This document shows positions 25,489-30,348 of a DNA stretch of 30,348 nucleotides, one piece after another. Every line of letters starts with the position of its first letter. The stretch's first letter is position 1. A program made the translations under genes and the position numbers. The stretch is from IMG/VR virus record IMGVR_UViG_3300025151_000183, positions 1-30,348 of that record; one strand, written 5' to 3'. The notes under the pieces are model-generated. The model did no database searches. It worked only from the letters and a program-made list of their open reading frames with translations, and was not told where the DNA came from. Source of the DNA: a virus (Duplodnaviria > Caudoviricetes).

Positions 25489-25686
25489 ATGCTTGTACAA
25501 GATATTGCGGGTCTTTACATCCCGTCTCATGACTACGTGGCTCTTACCTACGTTTCTTCTGGAAACGGTGCTGGTGAGATCCAAACAATTACATATAAAG
25601 ATGGTGGTTCCAGTGGTACTACCGTAGCTGTGCTCACCCTCGCTTATGACAGCAACAACAAACTGACCAGCGTTACTAAAGCCTGA
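25489..25686 (+). CDS. Small beta-rich protein in the tail fibre cluster
   Basis: 65 aa filling the gap; HDYVALTY...ITYKDGG..GTTVAVLTLAYD. Confidence 0.75.
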   Translation: MLVQDIAGLYIPSHDYVALTYVSSGNGAGEIQTITYKDGGSSGTTVAVLTLAYDSNNKLTSVTKA

Positions 25687-25694
25687 GGTACATT

Positions 25695-26426
25695 ATGTCG
25701 TATAAATTTAACCCATTTACTGGTAAACTTGATAAGGATACGACTGCAGCAGCTGGCTCACTGACTGACGGCGACAAAGGTGACATTACCGTTGCTAGTT
25801 CAGGTGCATCTTGGACTATTGACGCTGGTGTTGTCACTACCACAAAGATGGGTGGTGACGTTACTACTGCTGGTAAAGCATTGCTTGACGATGCTGACGC
25901 TGCTGCTCAACGTACAACCCTTGGTCTTGGCACTGCTGCTACTTCTGCATCCGGTGATTTCTTTGCTGCTTCTGGTGTTAGCACTTTTGGTGCAACCCTG
26001 ATTGATGACGCAGATGCTGCTGCATCTCGGACCACTCTTGGTCTCGGTACTGCTGCTGTTGCTGTTGGTCCTAGTGGAACGATTGTTGGTACTACTGACT
26101 CTCAAACCCTTACCAACAAAACTCTTGGTGATATTACCGAAACTGTTTTCACCATTAGTGATGGTGCCAGTGTAGACCTTAACCCTGCCAATGGACCTAT
26201 TCAACTGTGGACTCTTGGCGCTAGTCGTACTGCTACTGCTTCTAGTTTTGCAGCTGGGGAGTCTATGACTATTGGTGTTACCGCTGGTAGTAACACACTT
26301 ACTTGGCCGACCATTACTTGGGTCGGTGGTTCCGCTCCTACTCTTTCGACTTCTGGCACTACTTACATTGTGCTGTGGAAAGTCAGTTCAACGCTGTATG
26401 GAGCTAACGTTGGAGATGTTGCATGA
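25695..26426 (+). CDS. Tail fibre-associated protein
   Basis: GAGG upstream; Ala/Thr/Gly-rich; TTDSQTLTNKTL fibre motif; C-terminal TLTWPTITWVGGSAPTL; internal repeat. Confidence 0.8.
   Translation: MSYKFNPFTGKLDKDTTAAAGSLTDGDKGDITVASSGASWTIDAGVVTTTKMGGDVTTAGKALLDDADAAAQRTTLGLGTAATSASGDFFAASGVSTFGATLIDDADAAASRTTLGLGTAAVAVGPSGTIVGTTDSQTLTNKTLGDITETVFTISDGASVDLNPANGPIQLWTLGASRTATASSFAAGESMTIGVTAGSNTLTWPTITWVGGSAPTLSTSGTTYIVLWKVSSTLYGANVGDVA
25872..26057 (+). repeat. Two copies of a 23-aa fibre repeat, period 39 aa
   Basis: GKALLDDADAAAQRTTLGLGTAA (25872-25940) and GATLIDDADAAASRTTLGLGTAA (25989-26057). Confidence 0.85.
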
Positions 26427-29400
26427 GGAAGACTTTTTCTTTGCCGGTGGCTGCTACTGCAGCTGCTGGCGGCGGAGGGGGTACTCCCCCACCGGCTGAT
26501 ACTGTTGACAACATTGAACATTCGGTACGGTTTAACTCGGCTGATTCGGCGTACCTTAGTCGCACCTTCTCATCGGCGGGTAACAGAAAGACGTGGACCT
26601 GGAGTGGGTGGGTAAAACTATCCTCAACAGGTGATGCTGCGCTATTTAGCGCTCCTAATACTGAGGCTTATATTTATGGCAACGTTTTAAGAATCTATCA
26701 AAGTGTTGCTAGCAATAATGAGATTAGAACAGATGCTGTATTTAGAGACTGCTCTGCTTGGTATCATATTGTCATCGCTTACGATACTACACAATCGACT
26801 GGACCAGATCGAGTCAAAATTTATGTAAACGGTGTTGAACAAAGTTTAAATGGTTCTTATCCCGCCCAGGATCAAAACGTTGGAATTAACGCTAGCTCCG
26901 AACACAGAATTGGAAGGACATACTACAGCAACCCTTATTTAGATGCCTACCTTGCTAACGTCCACTTCATTGACGGTCAAGCACTAAATTCATCTTATTT
27001 CGGTTTCACCGATTCCAACAACGTATGGCAACCCAAAGCCTTCAGCGGTTCATACGGTACTAACGGTTTCCACCTTGACTTCGCTGACACCTCCTCTGCT
27101 ACTGCACTTGGCAACGATGTAAGCGGTAATAACAACGACTGGACTGCTAGTGGTCTTGTCGCTGGACCGGCTTACACGGCTAATAGCTGGAGTACGGAGT
27201 TTGACGGTACTGGGGATTACCTTACTATTCCTGACAACACTGCGTTTGCTCTTGGTACAGATGACTTTACCATCGAGTTTTGGGCATATTTCCAAGGTTC
27301 TGGATCGTACGAAACCCTTTTTGACATCAGACCCTCAAATGGAAATTATCCAGCAATATTTAGAGATGCCGTAGATGGTGATCTTTACTATTATGTGAAT
27401 AACAGTAGGTTAATAGATAACGTTTCTGTTTCTAATAACCAATGGTATCATATTGCTATAGCTAGAGAAGGTACTACAACAAAGTTCTTCTTAAATGGGG
27501 CGGTAGCAGGATCTGCAACTGATTCCACAAACTACCTTAGTAGCGATGTAAAAGTAGGTTCATACACTGGTGGTGGTAATTACTTTACAGGTAAGATCTC
27601 TAACTTCCGCATCATCAAAGGTCGTGCACTTTATACCGCTGCCTTTACCCCGCCTTCAACTGCTCTAACTGCTACTGACGACACTGTTCTACTTACCTGT
27701 CAAGATCAGACTGTCCGTGATAACAGCAACCTTGGTCACAGTGTTACCGTTACCGGTGATACAACTTTTGTTAACGAAGGTCCGTTTAACGGGTACTCAG
27801 GCAACTTTGACGGAACTGGGGATTACCTGACTATTCCTAATAGTGCTGACCACAACTTTGGAACAGGTGATTTCACCATTGAAGGTTGGTTTAAGACTTC
27901 TGCAACTGTATCGTACCAAACGATTATGCATAAGTACGGTTCACCTACAAGTTATAATGGCTGGTATATTTCCTTAAATTCAGGTGGAACAGGATTTTAC
28001 TTCAGTATTGTTGATGGTAGCGGTTCAAGCAAAGTCCTAGCTGGTGGCAGTAATCTCAATAATGGTGCATGGCATCACTTCGCTGTTTCCCGGTCAGGCA
28101 CTTCGTTAAAGCTGTTTATAGATGGTACCTCAGTCGATACTGCTACTAACAGCTGGAACATTACATCTACTGCTGATCTACGAATAAGCGGTATTGCAGG
28201 CAATCCTAGAGATTGGAATGGTCAGCTGTCGAACATCCGTATCGTCAAAGGTCAGGCTCTCTACACTGCTAACTTCACGCCTCCTACCGCAGATCTAACC
28301 ACCACAAGCCAAGGTGCTACTGCGTCTAACGTCAAACTTCTGACGTGTCAAGACAGCACGTTTGCGGATAAGAGTGGCGTTGGTGAAGCTATTACTGCTA
28401 ATGGTAACGCTGCAGTTTCTACGTCTGCACCGTTTGCTAATCATCACTCTGTTGAATTTGACGGAACTGGTGATTATTTGAGCATTGCTGATAGCACTGG
28501 TTTTGATCTTGGTTTAAGTAGTGAACCCTTTACACTCGAAGCGTGGGTATACCCTAATACTTTGGGGACAAATTCAGTACTTGGTAGAGGTGGTGGTGCT
28601 GCTGGATGGAATACTTCAAATGGTCATCAATATATTTTATTTTACAGTGGTGGTACTGACTTATATTTCCAGTGGTGGAATGGTAGCAGCATATCAAGTA
28701 TCAACTCTACTAATGCACTAACAACCAATGTTTGGACACATTTGGCAGTTGTCTACGATGGTACTGATGTAAAGGTGTATAAGAATGGTACGCTACTATT
28801 GACTGGTGGTAGTGCTACTTTTGCAAAACCATCTGCTAGTAACATTACTCGAATAGGTAATCTTGCATCTGGTGGTGCTGAGTGGGACGGTAAGATTTCT
28901 AACGTCCGTCTAACCAAAGGTCAAGCACTCTATACCGCTGCGTTCACTCCTTCTACCACACCTCTAACCACAACTAGCCAAGGTGCAAAGGCAGGTAATG
29001 TCAAGCTCCTTACTTGTAACGGCAGCACGATTGTCGATACAAGCGGTAAGAACATTACGGCGAACGGTGATGCCAGCACTATTGCTGTCAACCCTCACAC
29101 CGACAAGTATTCGGTGACGTTTGATGGGACGGGTGATTACCTAGATATTGCGTCTAATACTGATTTTGCTTTCGGTACTGGTGACTTCACTATTGAAGCA
29201 TGGGTATACCCAGATGCGACTAACCTTGGCGTTATCTACAGCAATGAAGTCGCCAATAGCTTGTTTTTGTACTTTGACAATAATGTTTTTAGAGTTAGAA
29301 ATTACGCGACAGCTGACCTAATTACTACAGCAGCACCGAGTACTAGCGCTTGGACTCATATCGCAGTAACTCGGTCAGGTACTGACCTACGTTTGTTTTA

Positions 29401-30348
29401 CAACGGAGTGCAGCAAGGAAGTACAGTTACTAACTCAACAAACTTTACTCAAAATGGTGTAGAGATTGGTGCATTTGGAAATGGTCAACAGTCGTTGGAC
29501 GGCAAAATTTCCAACCTGCGTGTTACCAAAGGTCAAGCTCTCTATACCTCCGATTTCCTACCCAGCAAAGAAGACCTTACCACTACTTCCCAAGGTGCAA
29601 CGGCTTCTAACGTTAAACTGCTGACTTGTCAGTCGTACAAGATCCAAGATAACTCCGCTAGCGCTCATACGATCACTGTTAATGGTGACGCTGCTCCTTC
29701 TACTGACGCACCGTTTGTGACCAGTGGAGCGGGTAGTTTTGACGGGACTGGTGATATGTTGTCACTAGCCTCCACAGACGATTTTAACTTCGGCACTAAT
29801 CCGTTTACTATTGAGTTTTGGCTGAGACCTACAGTAGCTCAGGCACAATATGCAGGTGTAGTTGTACAAGGTATAGATGGTGGTTATTCATGGTTTGTCC
29901 AGTACGATGGAGCCGGTAGCAAGCTTAGGCTTACTGATTGGGGTACTAATTTTCTGATAACGACTAATTCACCTCCTGTAAACACTTGGACGCATTATGC
30001 GTATGTAAGAGAAGGTACTGGAACCGATGAAGCTAAAGTATATGTAAATGGTGTATTAGATGTATCTGGAACAATGCCCACTGCATTTGGTCAAACTTCT
30101 GAACTATTTATAGGTGGGGGTTATTCAGGTGGGGGTAGACCTAGGTTCCAAGGCAATATTTCTAACCTCCGTATCTCCAAAGGTCTCGCCCGTTACACCG
30201 CTAACTTCACACCTCCTACCGAAGACTTCGATCCAGCTGATCAAAACACTACCTTCCTTGCTCTCCAAGGTAACACCATTGACGACCTTTCTGGTAATGA
30301 CCACGCTGTAAGCGCTCTTGGTAACGCAGCTACAACTACCGTTAGTCC
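26423..30348 (+). CDS. Giant LamG/concanavalin-A-like repeat protein, probable receptor-binding fibre (>1300 aa, 3'-truncated)
   Basis: ATG overlaps the upstream stop (ATGA); begins MRKTFSLPVAATAAAGGGGG...SVRFNSADSAYLSRT...RKTWTWSGWVK; the same frame is kept at all repeat motifs checked and at the window end. Its absence from the ORF track is consistent with no stop being reached. Confidence 0.9.
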   Translation, partial: MRKTFSLPVAATAAAGGGGGTPPPADTVDNIEHSVRFNSADSAYLSRTFSSAGNRKTWTWSGWVKLSSTGDAALFSAPNTEAYIYGNVLRIYQSVASNNEIRTDAVFRDCSAWYHIVIAYDTTQSTGPDRVKIYVNGVEQSLNGSYPAQDQNVGINASSEHRIGRTYYSNPYLDAYLANVHFIDGQALNSSYFGFTDSNNVWQPKAFSGSYGTNGFHLDFADTSSATALGNDVSGNNNDWTASGLVAGPAYTANSWSTEFDGTGDYLTIPDNTAFALGTDDFTIEFWAYFQGSGSYETLFDIRPSNGNYPAIFRDAVDGDLYYYVNNSRLIDNVSVSNNQWYHIAIAREGTTTKFFLNGAVAGSATDSTNYLSSDVKVGSYTGGGNYFTGKISNFRIIKGRALYTAAFTPPSTALTATDDTVLLTCQDQTVRDNSNLGHSVTVTGDTTFVNEGPFNGYSGNFDGTGDYLTIPNSADHNFGTGDFTIEGWFKTSATVSYQTIMHKYGSPTSYNGWYISLNSGGTGFYFSIVDGSGSSKVLAGGSNLNNGAWHHFAVSRSGTSLKLFIDGTSVDTATNSWNITSTADLRISGIAGNPRDWNGQLSNIRIVKGQALYTANFTPPTADLTTTSQGATASNVKLLTCQDSTFADKSGVGEAITANGNAAVSTSAPFANHHSVEFDGTGDYLSIADSTGFDLGLSSEPFTLEAWVYPNTLGTNSVLGRGGGAAGWNTSNGHQYILFYSGGTDLYFQWWNGSSISSINSTNALTTNVWTHLAVVYDGTDVKVYKNGTLLLTGGSATFAKPSASNITRIGNLASGGAEWDGKISNVRLTKGQALYTAAFTPSTTPLTTTSQGAKAGNVKLLTCNGSTIVDTSGKNITANGDASTIAVNPHTDKYSVTFDGTGDYLDIASNTDFAFGTGDFTIEAWVYPDATNLGVIYSNEVANSLFLYFDNNVFRVRNYATADLITTAAPSTSAWTHIAVTRSGTDLRLFYNGVQQGSTVTNSTNFTQNGVEIGAFGNGQQSLDGKISNLRVTKGQALYTSDFLPSKEDLTTTSQGATASNVKLLTCQSYKIQDNSASAHTITVNGDAAPSTDAPFVTSGAGSFDGTGDMLSLASTDDFNFGTNPFTIEFWLRPTVAQAQYAGVVVQGIDGGYSWFVQYDGAGSKLRLTDWGTNFLITTNSPPVNTWTHYAYVREGTGTDEAKVYVNGVLDVSGTMPTAFGQTSELFIGGGYSGGGRPRFQGNISNLRISKGLARYTANFTPPTEDFDPADQNTTFLALQGNTIDDLSGNDHAVSALGNAATTTVS
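27200..30348 (+). repeat. Five tandem LamG-like modules of about 200-220 aa
   Basis: FDGTGD(Y/M)L starts at 27200, 27806, 28457, 29120, 29738 (spacings 606, 651, 663, 618 nt); each module has FT(I/L)E.W and SNxRxxKGxAxYT. Confidence 0.92.

Noticed and set aside
27200-30348. CRISPR array or diversity-generating retroelement
   Set aside because: Repeats are degenerate, in-frame and over 600 nt apart; no reverse transcriptase or near-identical template/variable pair is visible in the window.
1-30348. Repeated phage RNA polymerase promoter consensus
   Set aside because: I could not identify a recurring motif across intergenic regions by eye; a motif search on the whole genome would be needed.

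Overview
A 30 kb slice of a T7-like marine cyanopodovirus (Autographiviridae-like, Synechococcus/Prochlorococcus host), with all credible genes on the + strand. Order: primase-helicase (5'-truncated), DNA polymerase in two overlapping ORFs, 5'-3' exonuclease, an overprinted NblA-like gene, DUF3310/gp1.7-like gene, MazG-like pyrophosphatase, class I RNR alpha and beta, portal, scaffold, an accessory island (hli, basic peptide, small outer-membrane beta-protein, psbA, glutamine-riboswitch-like RNA with a 20-aa YRG peptide, structured capsid leader), major capsid, terminator, tail tubes A/B, three internal virion proteins, tail fibre genes, and a >1300-aa LamG-repeat protein running off the window end. 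Several real small genes and the last giant ORF are missing from the supplied ORF track. Most interesting: (1) the psbA-capsid spacer, where a Gln-riboswitch-like fold sits inside a helix pairing the psbA stop codon with the peptide's Shine-Dalgarno, which with NblA suggests nitrogen-responsive control; (2) a split or -1 frameshifted polymerase with a stem-loop at the junction; (3) LamG repeats with conserved flanks and compositionally distinct cores. Family assignments come from motif recognition by eye, not database searches.
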